Assembly (NCBI GenBank): GCA_034086705.1
Contig: JAXDZV010000030.1
Location: 82,933 to 146,932 of the forward strand
Direction of reading: 5' to 3'
Source of the DNA: Eubacteriales bacterium
GTDB taxonomy: Bacteria; Bacillota; Clostridia; Oscillospirales; CAG-272
DNA: 64,000 nt
Under the pieces are notes generated by a model. It did no database searches and had not been told where the DNA came from. It saw only the letters and a list, made by a program, of their open reading frames with translations. Made by a program: the position numbers and the translations under genes. Position 1 is the first letter of the stretch; each line of letters begins with the position of its first letter. Below are positions 47,705 through 57,621 of the stretch, piece by piece.

Positions 47705-48859
47705 TCACCTCCTGATACGAAGCCGTCGCTGTTTGCCTGCGCGGCACTGTCGCATCACATTCCACACAGCCCCCATCATCCAAAGCAGCGAGAGCATAGA
47801 AGAACCACCATAACTGAGAAATGGCAGTGTTATCCCAACCACAGGTAAAAGACCTACACACATACCGATATTTTCAACCGCTTGAAAAACCAGCACCGCA
47901 CCAATGCCAACCAGCAACAGCATCTGCCTGTTTTCCTCAGCACGCCGTGCCGCTCTGAAAATCAACACCAGCAACAGACAAAGCAAAACTAAATACACCA
48001 TCACTGCAACAAATCCGCCTTCTTCTCCTACAACGGCAAATATCATATCTGTATGGCGTGCCGGCAATGCACTGTCCCGCGTGCTTTGTGATACTGCTCC
48101 GTGCAAATATCCCTGGCCTAACAATCCACCGGATGCAATTGCACTTTTTGAACAAAGAACCTGATATCCATACCCGCGTGCATCGGATTCCGGATGAAAT
48201 CCGACCAAGATCCTCTGCCGCTGATATGTGGAAAGCATATTCCAAAGGAACGGGGAAATTGCCCCTACTGTGACAGCAGCCGCCAGAAAATACCACAGAG
48301 AAATGCCGCCCGCCAGTAACATACAGGCGAAAACAAACAAGAAAACCAATGCAGACCCCAAATCTCCCTGTAACACAACCAGAGCAATTATCACACCGCC
48401 ATGCCCAAGCAGCGTCAAAACCGATAGCGGATGGTTTCGTTTATTCGATATAAAAGACAAATGGGCTGCCAAAGAACAAATGAATCCAAGCTTTACAAAC
48501 TCCGAGGGCTGTACACTGATCCCGATCACGGGCAAATCAATCCAGTTTCGGTTGCCCTCGCCTCGACCGAGTATAAGCGTTGCCAGTAACAGCACAATCG
48601 ATAAAGCAAACAATCCCACAGAAAGTTTTTTTCGGTATTTTTGAAAATCAAGCAGCGCTATGCAAAACATACCCATCAGACCAAGCAGCACTGCAACACC
48701 TTGTACAAGCATTGGCTTGTTCGTTTCCAAATACCGCGTTGCGGAATAGACCCAGAGCAGCCCATACAGGCAAAGTGCAAGCACGACTGCAAAAAAGAAC
48801 CATGGCAGCGCTTCAAAGCGCGCCGATACAGACGGCTCCCCGTAGCTTCTTTTCCGCAC
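47705..48859 (-). CDS. rodA: SEDS-family peptidoglycan polymerase (FtsW/RodA/SpoVE)
   Basis: 384 aa polytopic membrane protein. DLGSALV, HTDMIFAVVGEEGGF, PVVGITLPFLSYGGSS are SEDS signatures. Confidence 0.85.
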   Translation of the reverse strand: MRKRSYGEPSVSARFEALPWFFFAVVLALCLYGLLWVYSATRYLETNKPMLVQGVAVLLGLMGMFCIALLDFQKYRKKLSVGLFALSIVLLLATLILGRGEGNRNWIDLPVIGISVQPSEFVKLGFICSLAAHLSFISNKRNHPLSVLTLLGHGGVIIALVVLQGDLGSALVFLFVFACMLLAGGISLWYFLAAAVTVGAISPFLWNMLSTYQRQRILVGFHPESDARGYGYQVLCSKSAIASGGLLGQGYLHGAVSQSTRDSALPARHTDMIFAVVGEEGGFVAVMVYLVLLCLLLVLIFRAARRAEENRQMLLLVGIGAVLVFQAVENIGMCVGLLPVVGITLPFLSYGGSSMLSLLWMMGAVWNVMRQCRAGKQRRLRIRR

Positions 48860-48889
48860 GCATTTCCCTCCCCTCGGTATGCCCTGGCT

Positions 48890-50071
48890 TTATGGGTTCT
48901 CCGTTTTGACTGTTACGGTATACAGCGTTGCAAACGCCTCATCACACAATGCCTGAACATCTACCTTTGCTTCTTCGCGTTCCACCTTCAAAAGCTCTGG
49001 CTTTGTACGCGGATGCCGAGGTGTAAACACGGTACAACAATCCTCGTAGGGTAAAATGGAAAGTTCAAAAGTGTCGATTTTTCTTGCCAGTGTGATAATT
49101 TCTTCTTTATCCATTCCAATCAACGGACGAAAAACAGGCATATCTGCCAATACTTCCGTCACACCGATTGCCTCCATGGTTTGACTTGCAACCTGTCCAA
49201 GGCTTTCTCCGGTAATAAGGCATTTAGCACCGTTTTTGTGCGCAGTTCGCAACGCGAGACGCATCATAAATCGCCGCAGCAACAGCGTAAAATAATCCTC
49301 TTCGCAACATGCACGTAGTTGCTCTTGAATGTGCGTCAGAGAAATAATATGTATGCGTAACGTCCCGCAATAAGCCGAAAGTTTCTCTGCTAACTCCAAT
49401 ACCTTTTCTCTGGCACGTTCTGAAGTATACGGGAAGCTCTCAAAATGCACCGCATCCAAACGAACGCCACGCTTTGCCATCATGTACCCGGCGACAGGAC
49501 TGTCGATACCGCCGGAAAGAAGTAAAAGCCCTTGCCCGGAAGACCCAATGGGGATGCCTCCTGCTCCGCGCTGCTCCCCGGCATGGATAAACGCCTCTTC
49601 GTCCCGTATTTCTACACGTACCGTAATCTGCGGCGCGTGCACATTCACACAAATCTGGGGGCAAACAGATAAGATTACTTCTCCGCACATGGCACAAAGC
49701 TGCGGAGATGTCATGGGAAATGCCTTGTCACTGCGCTTTGCTTCTACCTTAAAAGTTCGATACCCCTGCAAAAGCGTGGGTGCCAACTCGCGCAACGCAT
49801 CAGAAATCGCCTGTGGATCCTTTGCGACACTGTAAGCCACAGAAACTGCAGTAATCCCAAATACGCGGCGCACCGCTGCAAACGCTCCTTGCACCTCGCA
49901 ATCGGGTGAAAGCGGACGCAGCATGGCAGTGCTTTGCGCGTGCGTAATATGAAACACACCGTATGGCTTACTGACGCGTGTCAGTTCACGCACCAGCTGT
50001 GTCTCAAAGAAACCGCGGTTGGCCCCTTTGAGTGCAATTTCTCCGTATTTGCATAAGATGATTTGTTCCAT
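48890..50071 (-). CDS. thiI: tRNA uracil 4-sulfurtransferase ThiI
   Basis: 393 aa with an N-terminal ferredoxin-like/THUMP region (KYGEIALKG) and the PP-loop SGGIDSPVA. Confidence 0.9.
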   Translation of the reverse strand: MEQIILCKYGEIALKGANRGFFETQLVRELTRVSKPYGVFHITHAQSTAMLRPLSPDCEVQGAFAAVRRVFGITAVSVAYSVAKDPQAISDALRELAPTLLQGYRTFKVEAKRSDKAFPMTSPQLCAMCGEVILSVCPQICVNVHAPQITVRVEIRDEEAFIHAGEQRGAGGIPIGSSGQGLLLLSGGIDSPVAGYMMAKRGVRLDAVHFESFPYTSERAREKVLELAEKLSAYCGTLRIHIISLTHIQEQLRACCEEDYFTLLLRRFMMRLALRTAHKNGAKCLITGESLGQVASQTMEAIGVTEVLADMPVFRPLIGMDKEEIITLARKIDTFELSILPYEDCCTVFTPRHPRTKPELLKVEREEAKVDVQALCDEAFATLYTVTVKTENP

Positions 50072-50096
50072 TTTGTGATCCTTTCACTTGGATATT

Positions 50097-50996
50097 CTAT
50101 GGGGTTTGCGCTGTACCGTCTTCTGCCGGCGCAGTAACAGAGGTGCTTGTATACGAGGTCAGCACCATAACACGATAAATGTCATTCACCGCCTGCCCAA
50201 GTTCAATAACTGCATAAACCTGCAGCGTTTGTGCGTCGGCGCACAGCTCACGTACGGTTCCGATATACAGGCCCGCAGGATAAATGCTGCTTCCGCCCGC
50301 AGTTTGAACAATCTCTCCCGGCTGTAGCTGTGTCTCCGTTAACAACCGGTTCATACGACACAGCCCTTGTGCATTTAGAGTCATGTCTCCCTCCAAAAGA
50401 CCTGTCTGACCGCTTTGTGGTGCAGAAACAGCAACCACAGTACGACTGTCTGTCAGGGCACGAACCCGACAATAATCCGGTGCAACATCAAATACGTATC
50501 CAACCAAGCCAAGATCCGTCAAAACCGGCATGTTGATATCAATACCGGCGTTTGTTCCGCGATCCAACGTATAAACCACGCTGTAATTTTCATTCTCTAC
50601 CGAAGCAACCGTGGCAACCGTAAAACTCCAATCCTGGTGTGCCTGTTTCAGCTCCAACAGCTTGGATAGTGCTTCGTTTTCTTGCTGCAATCCCCGCGCT
50701 CGCGCTAATTCAGCGTCACTTCGTATTTTCTCCGCCTGTAACATACGAATTTGTGCAAGCAAATTTTCGCGATCTGTAAACAAATCCCCCACTTGCAGTA
50801 ACTTTTGCTTACAAAAGGAAAGCCCCTTTTGCGCTCCCAATAGCGCGCTTTGCAGGCCCTGCCGTATATATCCGCCGCTGCCCGTTAGATAAAACACAGA
50901 GGGCACAGCACACACAAGTGAAGCAATGATCAAAAGACTCAAAAAAGTTTTTGTGGCGGTCCTTTTTCTACCGGCAAATTTATGCCTACGCCGCAT
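50097..50996 (-). CDS. mreC: rod shape-determining protein MreC
   Basis: N-terminal TM helix, a coiled coil (LAQIRMLQAEKIRSDAELARARGLQQENEAL) and beta-barrel domains. Start at the ATG at 50996 after GAGGAGGCGGAG; the alternative ATG at 51023 overlaps the mreB stop (ATGA). Confidence 0.8.
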   Translation of the reverse strand: MRRRHKFAGRKRTATKTFLSLLIIASLVCAVPSVFYLTGSGGYIRQGLQSALLGAQKGLSFCKQKLLQVGDLFTDRENLLAQIRMLQAEKIRSDAELARARGLQQENEALSKLLELKQAHQDWSFTVATVASVENENYSVVYTLDRGTNAGIDINMPVLTDLGLVGYVFDVAPDYCRVRALTDSRTVVAVSAPQSGQTGLLEGDMTLNAQGLCRMNRLLTETQLQPGEIVQTAGGSSIYPAGLYIGTVRELCADAQTLQVYAVIELGQAVNDIYRVMVLTSYTSTSVTAPAEDGTAQTP

Positions 50997-51019
50997 TCGT
51001 TCTCCGCCTCCTCGGTTCT

Positions 51020-52024
51020 TCATTTGGCCTGCAGGTGAAACAAGCGCTGCAAATCTCCCTTGTAAGAGAGCATTTTGGCAAGCCCCGCTGCCGTGCAGTC
51101 CGCTGCCGCCGATGCAATCTGTACCGGCGTATGACAGCGTGTTGCCAAGTAGCTGTCGATGCCGCGCAGTAATGCGCCACCGCCACTGAGACAAATGCCA
51201 TCCTGCAAGATGTCTGCCACCATTTCAGGCGGTGTATCTTCCAGTACTCTGCATGCTCCTTCTGCAATCGTCGAGGCAACTTCCTGCAGCGGCGTAACCA
51301 GCTCCGCGGTGCGGAGCAGCTGCATCATCGGCAAGCCACTAACCGCATTTCTGCCATACAATTCTGTTTGTATATCTTCCGCCGCCATGTCAACTGCGCC
51401 GATCTTCTCCTTAAGTTGTCTTGCCATTCCGGCATCCACAACCATTCCGTAAGTGCGCCGCAAATATCCTTCCAACTCCGCGTCAAACGCGTCTCCCGCC
51501 GTACGCAAAGATTCTGAAGCAACTACACAGCCCATACTGATAACAGCAATTTCTGTCGTGCCTGCACCGATATCGATAATCATATTTCCGCGCGCCTGCG
51601 TCACCTTCATGCCTGCCCCGGCGGCAGCCAACAGTGCTTGCTCAACAAAAAGAACATCTTTTGCGCCTGCGTCGCAGATGATCTCTTCCAAAGCAAGCCG
51701 CTCAATTTCTGTCGTACGACCAGCAACACCGCAAAGAACGCTCTTTTTACCTGGCAAAGTGCCGGCCGCACGATTGAGATATTCATACAGCATTGCACAC
51801 GCTTCATCGCAGTGCACAACAGAACCGTACCGAACAGGATAACATATACTCAGTTCTTCCGGCGTTTTACCAATCATCTGCGCCGCCTTTTCACCCACGG
51901 CAACCATTTCCTCTTCCTCTTCATTCAGCAATACAACCGTCGGCTCGCATAGCACAGTTCCCCTGCCACGCAACACAATCGCGGTTCTGCTTGAGCCAAG
52001 ATCCAGTCCGATATTTCTTGCCAT
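51020..52024 (-). CDS. mreB: rod shape-determining protein MreB (actin homologue)
   Basis: 334 aa from the ATG at 52024 (RBS GAGG). IGLDLGSSRT, IIDIGAGTTE and LSGGGALLRG are actin-fold phosphate/adenosine motifs. Confidence 0.9.
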   Translation of the reverse strand: MARNIGLDLGSSRTAIVLRGRGTVLCEPTVVLLNEEEEEMVAVGEKAAQMIGKTPEELSICYPVRYGSVVHCDEACAMLYEYLNRAAGTLPGKKSVLCGVAGRTTEIERLALEEIICDAGAKDVLFVEQALLAAAGAGMKVTQARGNMIIDIGAGTTEIAVISMGCVVASESLRTAGDAFDAELEGYLRRTYGMVVDAGMARQLKEKIGAVDMAAEDIQTELYGRNAVSGLPMMQLLRTAELVTPLQEVASTIAEGACRVLEDTPPEMVADILQDGICLSGGGALLRGIDSYLATRCHTPVQIASAAADCTAAGLAKMLSYKGDLQRLFHLQAK

Positions 52025-52028
52025 TGCT

Positions 52029-52664
52029 CTACCTCGCTCCGTTTTCTGCCGGTACCCGGCTCTGCCACGCCGACAAACGCACACCAAACTGCTGCTGCAG
52101 CATCTGCTGCAGCAGTGTGATCGGCAAGCCAATCACATTGTAAAAGTCACCCTCGATCCTGTCTACAAAAAGACTCCCCCGGCCCTGAATTGCATAAGCG
52201 CCTGCTTTGTCTATCGGTTCTCCCGCGGCAACATAAAATTTTCTTTCCTGCTCAGTGATCGCACGCATGTGTACAACCGTACAGGCAGCCTCGCTGATAG
52301 AACGATCTGCATGTAATACAGTCAGCCCGGTATACACTTGGTGTGCACGCCCGCTCAAAACCCGCAGCATATCAGACGCTTCTGCAAGATCTCGCGGTTT
52401 GCCAAGGATTCGGTCATCCACACTAACCACCGTGTCAGCGCCCAATACATACGCATCATCCGGCCACACTACTCCGTGATACAGTTTCTGCGCAACCGCT
52501 TGCGCCTTTTGGGCAGAAAGCAAGCAAACCGTCTCACGGGGTGGTGTTCCCTGCGGAACAAATTCAGGAGTATCCTGCGTCACAATCTCAAAAGGAACGC
52601 CAAGCATCGTCAAAATCTCACGACGGCGCGGAGATTTGGAAGCAAGTATCAGACGCATGCGCAT
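52029..52664 (-). CDS. maf: Maf-like nucleoside triphosphate pyrophosphatase
   Basis: LILASKSPRRREIL, GADTVV and DKAGAYAIQG motifs. Confidence 0.9.
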   Translation of the reverse strand: MRMRLILASKSPRRREILTMLGVPFEIVTQDTPEFVPQGTPPRETVCLLSAQKAQAVAQKLYHGVVWPDDAYVLGADTVVSVDDRILGKPRDLAEASDMLRVLSGRAHQVYTGLTVLHADRSISEAACTVVHMRAITEQERKFYVAAGEPIDKAGAYAIQGRGSLFVDRIEGDFYNVIGLPITLLQQMLQQQFGVRLSAWQSRVPAENGAR

Positions 52665-53110
52665 CCCCCCGTTCCAGTCGAGCCAAATCCACCACCACCG
52701 CGCTCCGTTGACGGCAAACTGTCACATTCTTTAAAAGCAACTGTATAATACGGGAAGAAACCAATCTGCGCAAATCGCTCGCCTGGTATCAAAGTCAAAG
52801 GTGCCTTTCCCAGGTTAACAACTGCAACAAGCACCTCTCCCCGATAATCGCTATCGATAACACCCACACCGTTAGATAACGCCAACCCCTCTCGATGCGC
52901 CAAACCGCTGCGGGCAAACACCAAACACACCATCCCCTGCGGCATAGCAAGTGCAAAACCGGTGGGGACCCGTACACGTTCCCCAGGCTGTATGGTCAAC
53001 GGTGCATCTATACATGCACATACATCCATGCCACATGCGCCTGGGGTCGCATATGCCGGAAGATTCACTGCTGGATGCAGTCGCTGAATTTTGACTTCAC
53101 TTTCCCTCAT
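52649..53110 (-). CDS. dut: dUTP diphosphatase
   Basis: AYATPGACGMD, ARSGLA, GVIDSDYRGE and a C-terminal RGGGGFGSTG. The start is uncertain: ATG at 53110 or 53128. Confidence 0.85.
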   Translation of the reverse strand: MRESEVKIQRLHPAVNLPAYATPGACGMDVCACIDAPLTIQPGERVRVPTGFALAMPQGMVCLVFARSGLAHREGLALSNGVGVIDSDYRGEVLVAVVNLGKAPLTLIPGERFAQIGFFPYYTVAFKECDSLPSTERGGGGFGSTGTGGCACV

Positions 53111-55292
53111 TTTTTTCTCTTTCCGCATTCGCCTTGCCTGCATTTATAGCGGGCACGCGGTGCACTTTGTTGATATTTTTAACTGGTTGAGCACTCTTTC
53201 GAATCCCCATCCGCCGAAAGTTGCCTACAGGAGGTGCCTGTGTTTGCAATGCGAGCAAAATTTGTTCGCAAACATCGCGATTTTCTGTTGTAAACAAAAG
53301 AGAAAATACGCTGGCACCGGCTCGCCGCAGCGCCTGCTGCTGATCCAGCAAATACGTAGGCACACTGTTACACAACAAATTTCGGTGCGGTGCAACACGA
53401 AATATAGGAAATGCAGCACCGTGCCGGTCACGCAAGATACCATACGGCTGTTTGTCGCACCGGGTACAATGCGCAGCCTTCGAACGCATAATGCAACGCT
53501 CCAGCAACATCAATGGCAAAGCTCCATACAGGGTAACACCTTTGGGAATCGAAAAGTCCACCGCAGCAAAGGCCTGTTCGGAAAGCTCCGGGCTCAGTAT
53601 GCAATCACAAAGCCCCAATGCACCGTATGCAGCAAGTGCACCGCTGTTTGTTACGCCGAGGATAGAAGCTCCGTGCGGAATCAGTCCCGCTTCGCGGCAT
53701 ACGGAGAGCGCAGAAAGACTGGTAACCAATCCATGAACCGCCCCCATTTCCTTGGCGCGACGCAAACGACGCAAAAGCGGCTCTGCTTGTGCATCAAACA
53801 GCACCGGCGGTAATATAACACCGTTTCCGCCGACGGCTGCGGCCTCATCCGTTTCAAAAGCCTCCACCGGTAAAAAACGGATGGCAAGTAATCGGCATGC
53901 CGATGGTGGAACTTGTGATACCCTATAAAAAACACCATAGTAGAGAGGCGTGGCAGTGCCTGCTGCATTATCCGCCGTGCTCTTTGCCTGCGGAAACGTA
54001 AAGGGCACCAACGGTGCAACTTGTGCAGGCCGTGAAAAAGCCAACAACTTTGCCTGCAGATTTTCCAGCGCGCCACGCCGCAAAGAACTCAACGCCGCAG
54101 GCGGCACTGACAAATCCGAGGCAAGCTGAATTTGCACCTTTTCAGCACGATACCACGTGCCCCCAAAAGCGCACAACTTTTCTTGCACAAATGCCGGCTG
54201 CAAAGGTGCTGTTCGCGCTTTTTGTGGCACTTGACCGATACTGCTTCCCTGTATGCCGTCCGACTGCAGTGTCAGTGTCATCGCTTCGTCAGACACAATT
54301 CGTGCCTGTACCGTCAAAGGGATCCGCGGCGGATTCCAACCGGCAGCCGGCTGCGACTGTGCCATTCTTGAAGCTGCTTTATCTGCCTCAGTGCGAACAC
54401 CGCCCATATCTGCGTATGACTTGCCGGTATAATATGCATCGGTAAAACCACTACGGGAAAACAGTTTTGCAAGAGATGCAACCTCCTCGGGCGTTGCGTC
54501 TCTGCGTTCATCCAAAAGAGTGCGATACAAACGTGTGACACCGTATACATACGCCGGGCTCTTCATCCGACCCTCAATCTTCAACGCAGCTGCCCCGCTC
54601 TTTGAAAGTGCCCGCATATGCCCCGCAAGACAAAGGTCTTTCAAAGAAAGCGCATATGCGTCACTGCACCCCACCACACGGCAAGGCAGTCGGCAAGGCT
54701 GTGCACATTGCCCACGATTGCCGCTTCTGCCGCCAACCATGGCACTGAACAAGCAACTGCCGGATCGTGCAACGCAAAGCGCACCGTGCACAAAGATCTC
54801 CGTCTCTATCGGACTTTCTTGACAAAGCCGTGCAAGCGACGTCCACGGCAACTCACGTGCTGCAACCATACGGGAGAAACCAAGACTCGCTAAAAGCGAA
54901 GCACAGCGCACAGAATGGCCACCGCATTGTGTGCTTGCATGTAGTACGGCATGGGGAAAAGCCCGATGCACAGCCGCAGCTACACCAAGGTCAGCAATAA
55001 TCAGTGCATCCGCGCCGGCCAAAAGCAATCGCTCCGCGCAACGCAACTGCTCCGAAAGGTCCCTCTCTTCGGCAAGCGTGTTCAGCGTTATGTTGCTTTG
55101 CACGCCAAACGCACGACATTTTGCAATGGCATCCGTCAGTTCCGCATCTGCAAAATTTCCGGCAAACATGCGGGCATTAAATGTTTGTGCACCGAAATAT
55201 ACCGCGTCTGCTCCCCCCGCAATCGCCGCATCCAGTGCTGCCGGCGAACCTGCAGGCGCCAACAGCGCCGGTAAATGTCTGCCTCCGTTCAT
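53097..55292 (-). CDS. U32-family peptidase-like protein (long form)
   Basis: 731 aa. The N-terminal LLAPAGS...AGADAVYFG, E.FVHGALC and the CxxxC-rich segment (GQCAQPCRLPC) are typical of the U32 family. Confidence 0.8.
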   Translation of the reverse strand: MNGGRHLPALLAPAGSPAALDAAIAGGADAVYFGAQTFNARMFAGNFADAELTDAIAKCRAFGVQSNITLNTLAEERDLSEQLRCAERLLLAGADALIIADLGVAAAVHRAFPHAVLHASTQCGGHSVRCASLLASLGFSRMVAARELPWTSLARLCQESPIETEIFVHGALCVARSGSCLFSAMVGGRSGNRGQCAQPCRLPCRVVGCSDAYALSLKDLCLAGHMRALSKSGAAALKIEGRMKSPAYVYGVTRLYRTLLDERRDATPEEVASLAKLFSRSGFTDAYYTGKSYADMGGVRTEADKAASRMAQSQPAAGWNPPRIPLTVQARIVSDEAMTLTLQSDGIQGSSIGQVPQKARTAPLQPAFVQEKLCAFGGTWYRAEKVQIQLASDLSVPPAALSSLRRGALENLQAKLLAFSRPAQVAPLVPFTFPQAKSTADNAAGTATPLYYGVFYRVSQVPPSACRLLAIRFLPVEAFETDEAAAVGGNGVILPPVLFDAQAEPLLRRLRRAKEMGAVHGLVTSLSALSVCREAGLIPHGASILGVTNSGALAAYGALGLCDCILSPELSEQAFAAVDFSIPKGVTLYGALPLMLLERCIMRSKAAHCTRCDKQPYGILRDRHGAAFPIFRVAPHRNLLCNSVPTYLLDQQQALRRAGASVFSLLFTTENRDVCEQILLALQTQAPPVGNFRRMGIRKSAQPVKNINKVHRVPAINAGKANAEREKNEGK

Positions 55293-55594
55293 TGCCTGCT
55301 TTTTTTGCCGGCAAGCTTTTCGTTTTCTATGCGCAGAATCTCCAAATCCAGCCTGTCCGTTTCTATCTGCTTATGCAACGCCGCAAGTTCCATGGTTGCC
55401 TTCTCACGCTGGTCAAACTGATCCAGCAAACACAGCAGCGCCGCCTGTAATTTGCTGCAAGCGGGTGCCTGACTGAGCATTTGCGCCAATGTATTGTTGA
55501 TACGCTGTGCCAAAGCCTCCACGTATGCGGGCTCGTAATCTGTGCCGAAGCGCAGCGTAACACCGGCAATACTAACCTGACAGGTATTTTTCAT
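55289..55594 (-). CDS. zapA: cell division protein ZapA
   Basis: 101 aa. The N-terminus V.I.G..L.F and a C-terminal coiled coil are as in ZapA. The stop overlaps the U32 start. Confidence 0.75.
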   Translation of the reverse strand: MKNTCQVSIAGVTLRFGTDYEPAYVEALAQRINNTLAQMLSQAPACSKLQAALLCLLDQFDQREKATMELAALHKQIETDRLDLEILRIENEKLAGKKSRQ

Positions 55595-55766
55595 ATGGTA
55601 TTCAGTCCTTTCCCAAAAGGCTCTGCTTTTTGCGCAAAGAGGCGCATGAACCCATTTACGCTATATTATACAACATTCTTCTTGGATTGAAAAGCCCTTT
55701 TGACAAAAAAACGCCCCTGTGCGGCGGTTTTGTGCCGCATCAGGGGCAATTTCGAGCATACCGTAC

Positions 55767-56462
55767 TTATACAAGCTTGATCTGCAGAGATCCGAGATTG
55801 TTTTCACCTACAATTGTTAAAGCAGGTGCGTCTTGGGCAGGCGGCGTCTGCGGCTTTGCTTGCTGTACACTGCCCATGGAGTTTTCCACGGAGGTTGTGA
55901 TCTGCCATTGCGCAGGAACATATAAAACCATGGAACCCATATTGTTATCCACATGTAATATACCGCCGCCCGCATACTCTTGCGTATTTGTAAAATAGAC
56001 CGCACACATCCCCATATTATTTTCTGCAAAAAATTCTCCACCGTTGAAGGAACGGCAATCGATATACTTTTTTGTATTTCCGAAATGTCCACCGTCCAAC
56101 ACATGCCCTGAGCCACTACGGTGCTTGCCGCGTCTGCGAAGCATACCAACTCCCCAAGTCAACAATAGCGCACAAAGCAACAACAACCACGGAGAAATCA
56201 ACTGCTCTGTCGGCGCATGGCAAGCTCGGGCAATTGGCACTTCAAACAGCCAAAAAAGAATTGCCAGCGGGAAAAAAATTCCTTCGGGATGCCGTTTGCA
56301 TAAAGCGCTCACTGCAAAAAACAGACAAGCTGCGCCCAGAATCATCTGCCATGCACCAATTCCGGCAAAATCCAACAACCCATAGCTTCCGGCAACAGCA
56401 CACCCAAAAATCAAAATCGCCAAAAAAATCAGCAAAATAGCGTTTACAATTCTCTTTTTCAT
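55767..56462 (-). CDS. membrane protein with LiaF-like (DUF2154-type) C-terminal domain
   Basis: Start at the ATG at 56462 (RBS AAAGGAG). Four N-terminal TM helices are followed by a repetitive NNMG/ENSMG/ENNLG beta-rich C-terminus resembling the LiaF cell-envelope stress domain. Confidence 0.6.
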   Translation of the reverse strand: MKKRIVNAILLIFLAILIFGCAVAGSYGLLDFAGIGAWQMILGAACLFFAVSALCKRHPEGIFFPLAILFWLFEVPIARACHAPTEQLISPWLLLLCALLLTWGVGMLRRRGKHRSGSGHVLDGGHFGNTKKYIDCRSFNGGEFFAENNMGMCAVYFTNTQEYAGGGILHVDNNMGSMVLYVPAQWQITTSVENSMGSVQQAKPQTPPAQDAPALTIVGENNLGSLQIKLV

Positions 56463-56479
56463 GTTTGTTTTCTCCTTTC

Positions 56480-56932
56480 TCAAAAGCGCACCGCGTCAAT
56501 GCGCTCCATCATCGCTTTATAATACATACGGGATGCAAATGCCTTCTTCTCACTGTTGCAAAAAGAAATCTCTGCTCCTCCACTGAGAGATCTTGTCACG
56601 GCACTGATTGCGCTGACATTTAAAATGCATGCCTTGGCACAACGTACAAAAGTGTGTGGCAATAGCTGTTCCAGTTCATACAGGCGTAGCTCCGTTGTGT
56701 ATATCTGCATCGCCGTATGCACCGCTGTGCGGTGCTCGCCGCTTTCAAAAAAAAGAATCGTCTCAAACGGCACGTAATACTCCGTATCCCCTCTGTACAG
56801 CTTCATCTCTGCCTTTTCCACAAGCAAATCCGATGCCCATTTTTGCAGCCGGAGCGCTTGCGCATTCAACTCCCGCACGCGCAGCACCAATTCCTCCTCT
56901 GCCCCAGGATCAACCTCAAGACGAAACTTCAT
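56480..56932 (-). CDS. stand-alone LytTR-family DNA-binding protein
   Basis: 150 aa from the ATG at 56932. The C-terminal part (YVPFETILFFES..HRTAVHT...YTTELRLYELEQLLP..FVRCAKACILNVSAI) matches the LytTR fold pattern. There is no receiver domain. Confidence 0.7.
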   Translation of the reverse strand: MKFRLEVDPGAEEELVLRVRELNAQALRLQKWASDLLVEKAEMKLYRGDTEYYVPFETILFFESGEHRTAVHTAMQIYTTELRLYELEQLLPHTFVRCAKACILNVSAISAVTRSLSGGAEISFCNSEKKAFASRMYYKAMMERIDAVRF

Positions 56933-57472
56933 CGCCGTGCTGTCTCCTTTCCTCTGCGTTATGTTGATTGTAACAAAGTGTGTGCAAAATTGCAATATAA
57001 TTTTCCAAGTGGTCGTTTTTTGGCGCTGAGCGGTCAAAAAAACGCCTACAATGTACGAAGGAAACAAGAACGTAATCGTCTGCTTGATACTCGCCGGATG
57101 AATATTACAAAACCGCTTACTTTTCAAGCGGCGTTTCCCTCCGCTTTGGGTCGTCTGTGCAAATTGTATAAATCTTGAATCTGACCGGATCGGATGCTTC
57201 GTTTATTCCAGTCATTGCCGAACGCAAACAGCCATATTGACATTTTGGCGATACCGAGTGATCATTTCCGGGATCAAGCTACTGATACTCCCCGCTTTTT
57301 TATCCGGTAGAGTTGATCTCTTTTGGGCCCCAGCTTTATAATCTGCATCCGCCCGTTTGCTTAAAACTCTGTCTGTTCAGGGCTGTTTGTTCGATCCTTC
57401 GTAATGCAGAACGGCTCGAATTTTTCTGCAATTTGCATTGTTCTACCTGCTTTGAAAAGAAGTATAAAAAAC

Positions 57473-57518
57473 AGAAAAAAATAACGGGTGCTCGGCTTTG
57501 TCTCCGAATACCCGTTAT
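57473..57518 (-). terminator. intrinsic terminator downstream of the MORN-repeat gene
   Basis: Minus strand: ATAACGGGT-(20-nt loop with inner TCGG/CCGA)-ACCCGTTAT followed by TTTTTTT. Confidence 0.7.
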
Positions 57519-57621
57519 CTTGCGTATTAACCACGCTTGATAGATGTAAAGTCTGCGTTTTCGAAATCTTTCCGGTAGGCACCTTGGTAAAAGGCCTGCT
57601 CTTTCCTTGTAATAAACAAAC

